Counted from the first letter of the stretch, positions 12,835 to 29,328 are shown. The stretch is 64,000 bases of DNA from Paramecium tetraurelia (GCA_000165425.1 CT868196.1:310001-374000), one strand, 5' to 3'. Notes: generated from the letters alone by a model not told the origin. Translations and numbers: made by a program.

Positions 12835-14893
12835 ATGAATGTTAATTTAATCTGTCCCTAGCACAAATAACAAGTTATCCAAGCCTGTATCGATTTAGAT
12901 TGCTCTGTGTTCCCATTTATGTGTAAAATGTGCATGGCAGATTAAAAAACTATTTCTTAACATACTAAACACAATCAATGTCTAATACCCTACCAGCAAT
13001 ACGTAACATTGGTAAGTAAATAAATTGAAGACTAACTTCATGATGCTAACAAATATGTTGATCTGTTTAACAAAGAATCTCAAATAGTCTAACAAATTTT
13101 GTTATCAGATGAACATTTGAATAATATGGAAGGATATGTGAGATCTTAAAAACAATAAATTGAATCTGACATCAACTAAGCCTTAGACTCCATCACATTG
13201 CTATTTGGATTGCATAAAACAGAACTATTTGGTAAGCTAGATCAATATCTCTAAATATACAAAAACAATTTCTTTATACTTAAAGAACAGCTAGAACCAA
13301 TACACTTCCTTCTGACTAAGTGTAAATACTATGCAAACGAAAACAACTTAAAAGTAAGCATTATCTTTATAATAGCAAAAATTACATACTAAACCTGATT
13401 TAGGATCGTAAGTTAAGGTGTCAATAAAGTAGATGTCCATCACAAAGAAACCAGAATAACTAAAATAAGTACTGGATAAAGTCAAGAAGGCTTAAGAATT
13501 GCAATATAATAATGAGAATTTCACTAAATTATTGACTGATGCTATGAATTCAATAAAAGATTACTACATCAAAAATGTTAGCATCCCTATTCAAATTCCA
13601 ATTGAAATTTAACAATAACCAAATATACTTACTACTATTCAAGCAATATCCTCTCCTCCAATCAAAAGTAAATCCATGGATGTATCAAATGCTGACAAAG
13701 TGACAATGTTGGATGATAACAAAACAGTTATTTCTGCAGTCGATACTAAGATCTCCCTTCAAAGTTAGTTATAACCAACCGTTATTCCAAATATTAATGT
13801 TTAAATATTGGATAATAGAATCATTGAGGATGCCAATCAATCAAAAGTATTATTCATCTTATCTATCTATGTAGGGACATTCAAATTAAAGATTCAGAAT
13901 TAAAAAGAAATTAAGTATTGAATTTTAAGTTACTTCTTTGGCTCTAGTCAGCAATGCATCGGTAGCCTTAGGTTTAGCTGATGGAACAGTTAAACTGTTA
14001 GACATGAGTACTAGCAAAGTTAGCTTCTATCCAAATACTTACATACAACACACCAAACCTGTTTGTCAACTTTTGATTTTGAAATAAAATAGGGGTACAA
14101 GATTGGCATCTTTAAGTGATGAAAATTATGCTATTATATGGACATTAGGAGAAAATTATGTGCCTTATCCAGAGAGAAAACTCATAGGATTCAAATCTAA
14201 ATTGAATAGAATTATGGATATTGCTGATTCATCTCACCTTCTTTGTTAAAGTGATACTAATCTATAAGTTATCAATTATCATGATAATCGAATTGCTTAT
14301 TCTTTCGATTTTAAAACTTAGCTCATCGAATTCCTTTATGTAAGTAAATATGAAAAATTTGCTACCATTTCTCAAGGGAATATAGTTTCTATTTATAGTT
14401 TAAAAATGAACAATAATTTGTAAGGGGCAATGTTATTAGTCAATTGTGAATTAGAATGTATATAATCAGCACTACCTATCTCAAATATCAGCACATGCAT
14501 TGCAACAGAATATCTGAATGACATAGTCATCTGCTATGGATGCACTGATGGCTCAGTCAAATTATTTAATGTTCTTAAAAACATCATGATAGGTGAATAT
14601 TAGGTAAGCTATTGATTCCTATTCTTAAGTTGTTCAATTCTAAGGTACAGGAGATGATTATTGTTAAATAACACAAGCTTTTTATCTTAGTAGCTTTTGC
14701 TGAAAGTTTGAAATAGATAAAAGCCATTATGATATAAGAGAGCAAAATCATTCCCATTGATATGTTTGGTGAATTGCTTGAAAGTCCTGCTAGGAGTGGC
14801 AAAAATGTTCTTTAAACATTTTTCAAAAATAGAAGTTCATTTTATTTATTAAGTGACTCACAAAAAGACATAGGATTATATGAATTATGCTGA
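12835..14893 (+). CDS. Protein with N-terminal Cys/His zinc-binding (B-box-like) module, coiled coil and degenerate WD40 C-terminus
   Basis: CPQH..ACIDLDC..MCKMC..HTKH; later LGLADGTVKLLD, YGCTDGSVKLFN; introns ~13354-13375 and ~13847-13874. Confidence 0.7.
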
Positions 14894-15836
14894 AAATAAC
14901 CATTATATATATTAACGTAAGATTAATATAAATATAGTAAAATTATAGTCATTGAAACATTTTATTCTTTTATATATTTATTTATTTATATATTTAATTA
15001 CAAATCTTTAAGCCACATCTTTTAGCAAGCAGTCATAATATAAATTATAAGCATCGTGTTGCTATTAAATTTTATTTTTAGAATGATAATAGATATGAAT
15101 CTATGTAGAATATTATTGATATGTTATTAATCCAAATCGTTATTATATTAAATATAACTGAAAATATATTGATTAATTAAAGTTATATCAAATAATTTTT
15201 TGAGATGTTTCCTCATTTTTGTGATCATTTTTAGTTTTATTCTAAAATTAGTAGTGATAATAAAAGAGATCGTAATAATCACCTTGGAATAATATATTGA
15301 ATGATTATATATTTTGACATATTTTACCAAATTCATTTTGTCTTTAAATTGGAGAGATTTACAATTATGGAAATGTAACTAAAATACTAATTAAATAACT
15401 TCTGATTATTTATCTATAGGATGATCCTTCTGGATGAGGGTGAAAATGCTATAAAAATATGTCTAATCGAATATTTGCTATTATTTATTTACTTAAACCA
15501 ATTAAATTTAATTAAATGCATAATAAAAATTTTATGAAAATAATCTATAAAATACAATATTTATTTAACCAAACCCCTGAACATTTACCTTTCAATTATA
15601 AAATTCCCTAAATGGTAATCTATAACATTAAGAATGCTTAATTCATTCATAATTAAGCTAAAATGTTGTAATTTCTCCTTTTGATAATAAATTATAGAAT
15701 TTATCATCTAAATGTGATCATAATAAATACTAATGAAATTCTGAATTTCATTAGTATTTCGCCTTTCGAACATATAGCATTTGTTATTATCGACTGCAAT
15801 TATAATATAATATTATAATATAAAATTTATATTTTG

Positions 15837-18191
15837 ATGAAGAATGGATTCTACCTTATAATTCTCTTCTTGATAAATATCTAAATATAAGCAAAGATGT
15901 ACGATGAGAGTTAAATATATGATTGTAAAGATGAGATCACTGATGAAGTGTAGGAAAAAATCAATTATTAAAAACTTAAATTGTTCCCAATCGATTGTTG
16001 GATTTTTTTATTACTATGTATAAGTTGAATGAGCAATCAAAGCCCCCGTTACCTTTTGCATTTCCATCCGAATTATTTATGAGTTCCTTTAAGACTTTAG
16101 ACTATTTGGTGGACCTGGAGATATTATCTTTGTGATTACAGCAACTAATGGAGTCCAATCAATCATTTAATTTTCAACAGCATTGTATGTGTAAATTAAT
16201 GATTCAGCTCCAGTAAATATTTTTTGTGATGTAAATATAAAAATAAATTAGATCACAGGGATAGCAACCTCAATAGTTTTTGTAATTTCAAATCTGAACA
16301 TCTTTATCTTCGCTGCTTATCCACTTGCTTTAGTATATAATTCATTGGAGTCCACAGTCAAATGTATAAGAATTTTTAACTATTCTTTCACAGCCATAAT
16401 AATAATAATAGTATTTTTAGGGTTTATTTTAAATAATGATATAATCTCAATAACACTAAATGGGTATTAATATAACTTGATATATCTTAGAATGTGTGCG
16501 ATTTCAGCTACAAAAAAGAAAATTTGGGATTTTATAATTGCTCTAGTTTATTTGTTTGTTTTTCTCTTATTTGCAACGATGTCATTAATCTATGTCTTTG
16601 CTTTCAAAAAATTAGTTCCTAAAATGTCTTCGATAAGATAATTAAGAGGCTAATACCTGAGATACTATTAAAAGTTCATCACATTTAGTTTAATAATGAA
16701 ATTTTTTCTAGGAATTTTCAGTGCAGTTAATTTACTCAATTGCTATTACTTTTATAAAGCTTATCTATTACTTACAGAAACCTTTTAAAATGTGACCCAA
16801 TCTCTTTGCATATTAGGCTAAGTCATCATTATCACAAGAGATCCCTTACTAATACCTAAATTTAAACATACACAAACTTCGAATAGTCAATAAGATTTTG
16901 ATACCTCTAATGATAAAAAACCAGTCGAAATTTCAATGCAATGTAATATTATTTTCAATAGATTTTAGAATTTAATATTTTAGAATAATTGTAAAAAGAA
17001 ATGAAAAAAACATAAGTAATTTCAATGTTGGCTGGTATTCAATTATTAAAAAGGTAGAAATAAGAACAAATAATATTTTACAAAGATCTAGCTATAAATG
17101 ATGAATAAGAAGATGGAGAAGAATCTAGTCAAGGAGATTTAAGTGAATTGTTTGAGGTTACTTTATAACCATTTGTTTCTGAAGAAGTGGAAGAGTGTTT
17201 GGTTGTTAATTTAAATAATGATCTTGCCAAATCTTAACTTTACGATAATCAAAATATCTAGGTCTTTCAAATGAGATGTATATTATATGCTCCTAAGATT
17301 TTTAACTATTTTGTTACACTAGACAATGTTGATATCGAAGATTCCTTTGATGTTTCTAAAAATCTATCAAAGGTTGAATAATTCACTGGACCTGATGGTG
17401 GAAAAAGTGGTGAATTTTTTTTTTTCACTCACAATAATCAATTTATTCTTAAAACGATGAGATAATCTGAAGTAAACACTTACAAGAAACGATTACTTAA
17501 TTTTGCTACTTATTAAGCTAACAATCCATCATCTTTATTAAATAAGATTTATGGGATGTATACTTTTGAAAGGTCTGAAAATGCTGAAGCAAAGGTTCAC
17601 TTTTTAATAATGAAGAACCTTTCTTTAGGCATCCCAAGGAATTAAATATTAAGAACTTATGATCTAAAAGGGTCTGAATATGATAGAGAAGTTCTTGCCA
17701 AAAAACCTGAAAGTGATTTGTCAAAATTAACTCTCAAAGATTTAGATTTCTTTAAAATTGAATAGCAAATTTGGGTTGAAAAAACCATGATAGAAAGTAA
17801 TTTAATTGAATTAAAGCTAGAATTAAACCAAAATTTAATTAAGGATTCAAATTTCTTAGAAAATTAAAATCTTATTGATTATTCTTTGTTAGTAATGAAA
17901 ATTGATTGGAAGTCTCAATAATAATTATTAATGTAGCAATTAAGTGACTAATAAATCAATATCATTCCTTCAATTAAGGAATAAGGAGTAAATATAAATA
18001 ATATTTATTAGATATACTATCATATTGGGATAATAGATTACCTATAATAATGGAATGTTAATAAATCTCTTGAAAGAAAAACAAAAAAGATCATCAGAAT
18101 GAATTTACAATTAGATACTTCAGCTTAAGAGCCTAACAGATATGGAAAAAGATTTAAAGAAAAATTGATAAACAGGATCCTTCCCTTGTGA
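15837..18191 (+). CDS. GPCR-PIPK: signal peptide + multi-pass (7TM-like) domain fused to a phosphatidylinositol-phosphate kinase
   Basis: About seven hydrophobic helices at 15990-16840 with Cys in FCDITG and GMCAI; then YAPKIF, GGKSGEFFFFT..FILKT, YDLKGS..R, TLKDLDF, DSNFL..LIDYSLL, IGIIDYLQQW, EPNRYGKRF. Confidence 0.9.
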
Positions 18192-18438
18192 TTATTAATA
18201 TAGTTTAAGATTATAATTTTCATTCAAATAAGAATATCTAGCCTCTCTATTTAAAAAATGGCAATATTTCACTTTTATTTATTAGATTTAAGATGTAAAA
18301 GGAGATTAATTAATACTAAATCTATCAGAGTCACTTGTTTGACCTTTCTTTTAAAATTGCAATATTTAATGCTAACTACATCAAATAAGCAAATGATGTT
18401 TGATTAATTAGTTATTAATATCTATTTAGAATTATTAA

Positions 18439-19101
18439 ATGGAAATTTTACAAAAATTAATGGCTATCCCAAAAAATATCATTAAAGCTCTCAAGAATAT
18501 GAAATAGTAAACAAACAAAGTTTAAAATAACATTGTTGAGACTTTTATTATTTGCAATGAATCGCGAGTAGTTACAAATGAAGTGAAATAGATTGATCAA
18601 TTAGTAAAAAAAAGAAAATTAACGATTAATTAAGAAAAAATAGATTCAATTACTTAAACAGATTAGCTATAAAATATTGATTAAGTACCTAAGGATGAAT
18701 CTTAAAAAATTAGTAAACTCCTATAAGTGGGTTCCAAATAAAATAAAAAATAATCTAAATTACTTAAAAAATAAAGTATAGAAGAAGACAGCATAAGTAG
18801 GAAATCAGATTAAACAGAACTGTCCTAAAAATCATATTGCTAAAATCACTTTTTGAAAATATTAGAATAATATAGGGAATAAAGTAAATTACAGCAAAAT
18901 AAAATATACTAGAGTTAAACCAAATGCTAAAACTAATTTCGTAAGAAAATACTAAAAAACTACTTAAAACAATTCACAAATAAATAAGATGATGAGAATA
19001 AAATATTAAAATCTGCTAAAACTCTATCCCCTGATGAAAAGTAGTTTAAAATAGATTAAAAAGAATCTGAAAATATCTAATAAAAGCAAGAATTGGCTTG
19101 A
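18439..19101 (+). CDS. Hypothetical Q/K-rich protein (~220 aa)
   Basis: Intronless code-6 ORF, ATG to TGA. Confidence 0.6.
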
Positions 19102-19605
19102 TGATATATTGATTGTATAAAATATATTATTTCTTTATGATATTACAAATCTAGCTGATTAAATTTCTTTAAACATTGATTATTAAATTTTTTGTTTAGT
19201 TTAATGAGTAAAAAGTTTATATATATTTGTGAAATGAAATGAGAAAACATATAGATGATCATTATTTGTTTAATAATTAACTTAAATATAAAATGGAAGT
19301 GATCAATTTTAATATTAGGATAAATTATTATTACTAATAATAGATTAATTTATTTTAAAATAAGCCCCCTAAATTACAGAATTAATGCCAAATTTAATAG
19401 AGTATAAAAATAAATGATTATTATTTTAGCTTTATTGATAATAAAAAATTCTAAATAAAAACATAAAATATCAAATGACATGGAAAATAATAGGCCTTAA
19501 CCAATTTTTTAGAAGACAGACTAGTGATTGAATTTCAAGTAGAATATAAAATTAAGTAGGAAATGTAAATTGAAAATAATAATTAATAATATGTCTTCTT
19601 AAATA

Positions 19606-21034
19606 TCATAATTATGTAAATGAAATAATATCTTACATGTGTCTGGCTACGCAAAGATGTTTAGAGTCTTGATATTTAGAAAGAAATTCATTTACTGAGC
19701 CACCTTATCTTAATCTATTTAGAGTTTGTCTTGTCTCTTCAATTCCAATAGTTTCAACACATTATTCCATTTTTAGTTTGATTAAATTATTTATAATTGT
19801 TTATGGTTTGATTGGAGCATCTAAATATTGAGGTTTCTACATGAAGTCAATCCATTGAGGTTTAGGAATTGGGGAAACTAATTTTCGATGAGTTGAAGAA
19901 ATAAAATTTTATCTAGAAAAAGTGTTACTTTTAATAATAGTATAAGATTAGGTTCCTTTAGTTTATTATGAAATTGGTCTTAAGGTTAATGTGTCATCGT
20001 TTGGTTTTTTTAAATTCAATTTAGGAATAGGCTGCTTACTGTTAGTTTTAGGTCCTAGGTTAATTGTTTTATTGATGTTTGGTTTATCTTCTTATATAAT
20101 CTGTTAATCTTTTTGTGTTTAGTCTTTGGAATCAAAGTCAAAATTATCAGTACAAACACTCTTCCTTTTTTACTTCTGCTATTTATTATTACTCCAAAAC
20201 TCAAAGGTGTCTTATTGTTCATAGGTAAAGGTGAAATGCTTTTGTTTCAATAAGATTTTAAAGTTTTCATTGTGTACTAATTGACGAATGTCTAATCTAT
20301 CTGTTTCTTGGAGATCAAGACAAGTTGCGATTATGAATCGAAGCTACTTGGAATATATCTATGGAATCTTTACAATTCTTAAATGATAATTTCAATTACG
20401 CTCCTCCATTAAAGATAACTGCTTTGATTTGCTCGATAACTTCAAACTTAAATAATTGTCTCTGTGTAGTCAATTCGTATAATACAAGACCAAATTAATA
20501 CATCATCGATTTGTATGAAAATTTATTATGAAATAACAGTTCTGGAGGTCTGTAACTGGGTTTTTGATGCTAAATTAAGTTATCAATTCCGAAATCGCAA
20601 ATCCTCACTTATTCTTGATGTATCAATATATTTTCAGGATTTAAACCTTTGTAACATATCTTATTTTCTCTCAAATAGATTAAAACAAAGACGATTTGTA
20701 TAAGAATTTTACAAATCACCCTCTCAGAAATGAAACTTCCAAGATGCTCATTTATAAACTATTTTAAATTTCCTTAATCCGCATATTCCATTATGATTAC
20801 TACATTATCATCGAGTCTAAATACTTCCTTCAATTTAATTACAAAAGGTATTTAGCATTGTTTCATAATTTATATTTCGCTTAGAGCTAGAAATATCAGA
20901 AATTTGATACCTTAATTATAAAATCCAATAAACTCTTTCATGGCATATATGTTGTTATCCCTTATATTTCTGACTTTATGAATGAGTGTCGATTTTGATT
21001 CATAAATCTTCTCTAAAATTTCATAATTCTGCAT
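19606..21034 (-). CDS. NEK-like kinase-fold protein, probable pseudokinase
   Basis: YAMKE, IIMEYADQGNL, ICDFG, RPPE, YSKQLRFIIATCL; HRD replaced by YKG and no glycine-rich loop. Confidence 0.8.
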
Positions 21035-21089
21035 TTATAATCAATTAATAAATATTTTTATTATGGAAAATAGAATTTTATCAATAAAA

Positions 21090-22757
<1,668 letters not shown>

Positions 22758-22932
22758 AAAGTTTAAGTTGGCAAATAATGAATTTTTATATATATGATCA
22801 ATAATATTTAATTTCAGATGAAATGTTTACATTTGAATTTCAATTTGCAAAAAGGAAATAATAATATCCAAATTAGTAATAATTATACAATCTTCATTTA
22901 TCTATATATAATAAGCTATTAATATATATATT

Positions 22933-25900
22933 TCATATGTAATCAAGGTTTGTAAAATTAATTCTTTATTAAATCCTTATTTTCAATCAATGTTTAAATC
23001 TGAGCAAGATCTTCCTTTCTAAGTCCCTTTGTATATTCTTAATACTTTTATTAGTCAAGACGTTGTAAATCCCTGTAAATAATTAATCATAATACTTACT
23101 TGTTGAACTATTCTGTTAGAGCATTCCAAGAAGATAACATTGTAATTTATTTATTTAACTGCTTCAAACCATCTTGTCTTAATTTGAACATCATATATAA
23201 TACAAGAAAAATCTATTTAATTTGCTCAGGACTCTCCCTAAAATAAGAGAGAAAATTGATTTTTAGTAAAACTCTATTATAAACAACAAGGTTCCCATAA
23301 ATGAAAGTAGTAATCAAAATTCTTCTAAAGTAGTTTATGAAAATTTGATTGGTATTATGAATTGAATAAGACTCAATCAATAAATGCCAAAAAGATATTG
23401 GGATATGAGTGAGCAATTTAGATTTTGTGTTTTCTAATATCAATGTGACACTTTCCAATAATGTAATCGCTCTTATTGACAATCTTGATGTGAGAAGTTA
23501 GGTTAAAAGAATCTTAGTTATTAAGATTAAATGCTCCTGGAAGTTGAAGTTTAATAGTTGAGTATTTTACTAACTCAATACCAAATTATATATTCTACCA
23601 GCAATAATAAAAGTACAAAGTAAGTCTTCCTCTGATTTCTATTTCAACAAATAATTCTTGGCTATGATATTTATGAATTATGATTTATTTTCCCCCATCA
23701 AGATATTTAAATAGTAATCAGGATTTTCAAATTGATGATTATTTGATAAAATGAACTTCGTTTAAGCAAAGATCATATGCAAGATATCATAAATGCATTA
23801 TAAAGCTCCTTTTGTGTAATTCTCGTTTCTTTATGTAAGTTTCTGGAATTGATCGTCGAAAGCCAATTTTTCAAAGTCATCAATCTATTAATCCTTTAAT
23901 TCTGGAGGATAGATACAAAACTCTTTATCGATATCATAGGTTTTAATTGATCCAACTAAATGAGTGAATTTATTTAAGATGATTGAATTTTGTATTTTTG
24001 ATTTATTAAGAGATTCAGTAATATTAATTTGAGAAGACTATTAACTTATTCTCTTTTAATTAGAAATTGATCTGCTATGAAGCATAATGATTTAAGTTGG
24101 TCTTTTGACTAGCATTCTTTAATACATAGGTTTTTAAATAACTTCAGAAGTATTCTTATTGTTGATTAATTGAATTTATTCAGTCAATACACCAAATAAA
24201 TTATTTGGATTAGTCAAAGCTTATAATTGGCTTCTTGTAGTACTAGTGGTTGTAGTTTAAGGTATAGTATCAAACTCTACAGGATTCACTACTATTGATT
24301 TTTTAAGACTGCCCTCAAGGATCGATGCAAGTCTTGGTGCTAAAATGGTTCTCCTTCTGGTAGGACTAAATACTACAGGAGTTTATTCTTCAGTTTTAAG
24401 ATTTTTAGTTTATAAAAATTGAGGTGGAGTGGCTGTTAGAGACATTCTTTATTTTGCTTTGCTTTCTTTCTTTTTTGTTGCTTAATCAAGCATTCTTTCA
24501 AAGATTTTAAGAGTCTTTTAACATTTATTAGGCAGATAAGGGAAGATTAGATCAAGATCCTAATCCAATTCATCTATTTCTTCAGCAACTTTCTTTTATT
24601 CTGGATAAGGGAATTGTTTTTCAACTTATAAAGGGGTGAAGTCAGGTCTTTTTAAAACATCTTCTAATTTTTTAGGTCTATAAAATTCATTTGATTTTTA
24701 TGTGATTACCTCATCGATTGTTTTAGAATCAAATATAGTCATTTTGAGTAGATCAGAAAAAAAATTAGAAACATCAAAATATTACCAAATCAGATTATTA
24801 GATTCAGTATGCACTTTGTTATATGGAGTATGGAGAAAACTCATTAATTGAGTAAACAATTAGGAGATTTCTGGAATATCTAAAAATAGCATCAACCTAT
24901 AAGGAATATTATAAAATATGAGAAAGAATGTTGAAATATCTGGTTCTTAGTATAAAAGGAAGGACAAATATTATACAATAATTTCTGGGCATATTGTGAT
25001 AGCCACTAAATCCTATTTGAGACATTCATAAAGCATAGAATATGCTCTTTGATAATATTCCTTATTGGCTCTTGTCAACAAGAAATTGTTTCTGTTATCA
25101 GTTAAGACTTGCATAGTTCTGAAAGCTCTGAATTGGATTAACGGTCTTTTTTCTGATGAAACATTAACATTTAGTTATCTGAATGAAGGAGGTTCTGGGG
25201 GATTGAGATCTACATAAATATTGTATAATTTCTAAAATTAAGAATAGTATAATTACATTTGGAACAACTTATGGGTTTCTTGTTGGAAACAATATGAAAG
25301 ATAAAAACAAATCTAAAAGCATATTCGATTTAAAAACTTCGCTACTCAATTAATCAATAGTAGCATGATTAGCTACTAATAATGGTACTTCACTAGGCTG
25401 AAATAACCATTCTTCTAACATTTACTATTTTAATTCTTTTTTTGTTAAACCATAACTTGATGCTTCTTCTCTTTTTTATTCTACTTTCTCACTTATAAAA
25501 TCTAAATTCTTAGTGCTCATTACTTAACTTAAGGCAACCAATGCTTAAATATTTAACATTTATACAATCTTCAACTTCGGTTTCAAACTGTAAATCCAAT
25601 TCTCTTAATAAGATCCAAACGTTTCTCTTCTCCAAAGCAAATTAGAAACAAGAATTAAGCATATCAAAATTAGAGTTGTATTTAACGAAACTCTTAAAGA
25701 AGTTGTTCACTTTTTAACAAACAATTTCATTGTTAAAAAAGGGAATCTAGATTTTATTAATAAAATTTTTAGAATTTTCTAGCAAAAACCATCTTAGCTT
25801 GGTTTCATTATTAATCACAGTTTGACACTAAACTAAAAATGTCAATAATCAGTACATTACTCTCCTGATTAATTAGACATTTGATAACACAATCAAAATA

Positions 25901-26197
25901 CAGTTTCACATAATCCTATTCTTCCCAGTACCTCTCTTATAATGCATAAAATAATAACAAGGCCTAAAATTACATTATTGATACACTATTTTCAAATAAT
26001 TAACTGGCGATCAATAAGTATTTCAAAATATTAGGTTTTTATTATAATACTGAGATAACAGAAGGAAAAGGCAATATTCTACTCAATTTTCGACATACAC
26101 TAAACAACATTGTTTATCTTTTATTGTCATCTTATTCTTGAAGCTATATTAAATATCGCATTTTTACAGTCTCTTTAAACTATTCGCATATTTCCAT
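22933..26197 (-). CDS. Large hypothetical helical protein (~1050 aa)
   Basis: Long code-6 frame interrupted by short GTA..TAG introns; Leu/Phe-rich helical regions flanking a Ser/Thr/Lys-rich linker; no motif recognised. Confidence 0.65.
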
Positions 26198-26227
26198 TTT
26201 AATTAATTATTTAATACAAATAGTATC
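26198..26227. promoter_or_regulatory. Putative 30-bp bidirectional promoter
   Basis: Divergent ATGs at 26197(-) and 26228(+). Confidence 0.45.
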
Positions 26228-27319
26228 ATGAAAAAATTAATACTTGTATTAGGTGGTTCTACTTTTATTGGTAAAGAATTACTGCAGGATCTTTCTTAAA
26301 ATGAGTCTTATGAAGTTCATTATATAAATAGAGGGAAGAATTATTGGAATAACTCAGTTAATCAAATTACAAATGTTTATTATACATATGGTAATCGTGA
26401 TGATACAAATGATTTTACCACATTGATTAGGTATCTGTCTAAGAAATTGAATGTGGGAGTCAATGGGAGATGTTGGGAAGCTGTTATCGATTTCTCTGCT
26501 TTTTATAGTAAATAGGTGAAATCTGTATATGCTGCTTTAAGAGGAGTGTGCAATTTATATATATTTATATCGACAGACTCAATTTATGATGTTTGCAAGA
26601 TCAAATAGATTCCAATAACAGAGGATTAGGATTCAAGAAAAGAATTATAGGAATCATAAAAGAAAAGGGAAAGTTATGGCCATGTAATAAATAATATGAA
26701 TAAATTAAGAATAAATTGAAATGCGAGGAGTTTCTTTAGAATTATGTAGTCGAAGGTTCTTTTAGATATGTTATTTTGAGACTGCCAGATGTTATTGGGC
26801 CTTTTGATGACTCTGGAAGATTTTTTGCTTTGGTGAAATGGCTTAAATAGAATGATAAACATCCAATTTAAGTGGTAAGTGTGATGAATAATTAGTTAGG
26901 ATTAAGCTGTGCAATCAGAATAAATTAGTTTTGTATTTAGCACAGATGTTGTGAATTGCATTAAATATTTCATTAAATATATTCCATAATAAAATTAAAT
27001 TTATAATGTTTGTTTTGATGAGACAATTTCATATATTGAATTAGCATAGGTGATTGTAATACTTTAATACTAATTTTAGCTCAATAAGATATCAGATAAA
27101 TAACTGAATATTAAACATGTAGTAGAGGCTAGCAAGTTCTATCCTTCAGTTGATTGTGGAATCATCAGCAATAAGAAAATCAAAGAATTGGGTATTCAAT
27201 TCACTCCTTTGATGGTGGCTTTGGAAAAAACCATCGACTTTTTTGTGAAGGAAGCTCACAATTACGAAGCTGAAAACAAGGCTGCTTTGGAAAAGCTCAA
27301 TAGGAAATTAAATGCTTGA
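26228..27319 (+). CDS. NAD-dependent epimerase/dehydratase (extended SDR, CSP41-like)
   Basis: ILVLGGSTFIG..INRG, YIFISTDSIY, YGHDKLKCE (YxxxK across an intron), ILRLPDVIGPFD. Confidence 0.85.
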
Positions 27320-27601
27320 GTATATATTGGATTATGAAATGATTTAAATATTAATTCCAATGATATAAATTGAAAATAAATATTTACAATTAATGCAAAA
27401 TAAATAATTAAAACTGATTAAATTTTAAGTTTACCTAATTCAAGGAATTGAGTTCTTTGATTAATGTTTGTGCATGAATTTATTTATAATTTAGTCATTT
27501 TATTTGTTTTAACTTAAAATGATAAAGTGTTTACAATATTCACAAATTTGTGTTTGGATATCATCAAAATTGAGTATGATTTTATTAATTATAATTTATT
27601 A

Positions 27602-29167
27602 ATGAAACACTCTTTATATTTCGTATCCTCCAAATAGTAATCCTTTTGGAATAGAAACTTAAGTGCTTTGGTCAATTACGATTTTCATTAATTGTCTGAA
27701 GATCAAAAGACCATCGTGTTGTTTAAACAAGGTCAAATACTCAAGATAATAACTCCTCGGAGATACAAGATTTATAGACAACACTTATTCTATTTTCGAA
27801 AGGTAAGGAATTTATTTTATAAGTGATTCTCTAAAGAGTGGTGAAATTGGGGGTTTTCTCCTTCTGAAAAATGTTTATTTTTCTTTTCGAAGCAAAGATA
27901 ATACTTTTCTCATTACTCTATCACATGATTTTTAGTAAATAGTGCTACAATCAGGAAATAAAACCGAGGAAGTTGACAATTTTATTCTTGAGTTAAAACA
28001 GAATTGCATTTAAGAATCAATCCCTGCATCTTTCTAAATTCCAAGATAAAAAATCGGAGAGGGCATAACTTCAGAAGTAATTTAATATCATTATTCTTTC
28101 TAGGTGTTTGTGATAAATCATCAAAATAATTAAAAATTTGCAATTAAAAAAGTGGTAAAGGCTCCTTTGGGACACAAAATGAGAGAAAAACAGGCCAAGA
28201 GTTTGGCTGAAGAAATATTTATAATGAGAAGTCTAGACAATCCCAACATCCCAAAATTGCATGAAGTTTATGAAAACGATGGTATCTTTTATTATTTAAA
28301 ACTCAGATTCTGTAGAATTAATAATGACTTATTACGAAGGAGGTCATCTATATGAAAAACTATAGAATTTTTCACTTTAATAGAAATAATAATTAGTAAG
28401 AGATATTCTAGAAACTATGAATTATGTCCATTCATAATAAATAATGCATCGAGATTTAAAACCATAAAATATCATGTACAAAGACAAAGATCCTTTCAGC
28501 ATTGATATAGCAATAATTGATTTTGGATTTTCTACAAACTATAAATATTAAGAACATGTATTATATAATTGTGGAACTCCTGGCTATGCAGCACCCGAAG
28601 TCTAGGAATATAAGGAAAAACAAAAAATGTATACTACTTAATGCGATGTTTACAGTTTGGGAATCATAATATATGAAATGTAATTTTTTAATTAATCTTA
28701 GATTCTATGGGGTACATCCTTTCAAATCATCTAACTCAGGTAGTCTTAGTTTCAACGATAAAATCAAATTGCCTTAATCATTAAAAAATCTTCTAATCTA
28801 AATGACTCGAATTTAACCTAAATACAGATTCACATTAAAGGAGTGTCTAGAATAAGACTTCTTTAAAGAGAATCTAGATTCTAATTACTTGGATGATTTA
28901 TTAAAATTCAGTTTGGTTGATTCTATCTATTAGAAATCTAATAATATTTCAAGAAAAAATTCTTTTGATCCTTCAATCAAATTAGAAAGATTAAATAAAC
29001 ACGAATCTGTTAAAAACAAAACTATAAATTCAACAGTTGCTGAATCAAAAAATCTACTTGGTAAAAGTTTTGGACCAATCGAGTAGTAATTACAAGATGA
29101 TTTACAGTTTAGTGAGAATCACAATTGTCCTAATGATTTCAACAATTTTCTTTAAAAAAGAATATGA
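27602..29167 (+). CDS. Ser/Thr protein kinase (CAMK-like) with N-terminal PH-like region
   Basis: IGEGITSEV, FAIK, HRDLKPQN, IIDFG, CGTPGYAAPE, DVYSLG. Confidence 0.88.
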
Positions 29168-29328
29168 AATAACATAGAGTCACTCATATATGCTGATTAT
29201 CTTAATTATATTTTATGCTTATTAATTTACTTATTAAACTATTTAGTTATTTTAGATCCTTTTTAAAATGTTTATAAAAATGAGCATTTAAAATATAAAT
29301 TTTATTAAAATTATATATCTATCTCTTA

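Noticed and set aside
22933..26197. Possible SAPS/PP6 regulatory-subunit or ARM-repeat identity of the large hypothetical protein
   Set aside because: Only a general helical, hydrophobic resemblance; no diagnostic motif can be confirmed without a profile search
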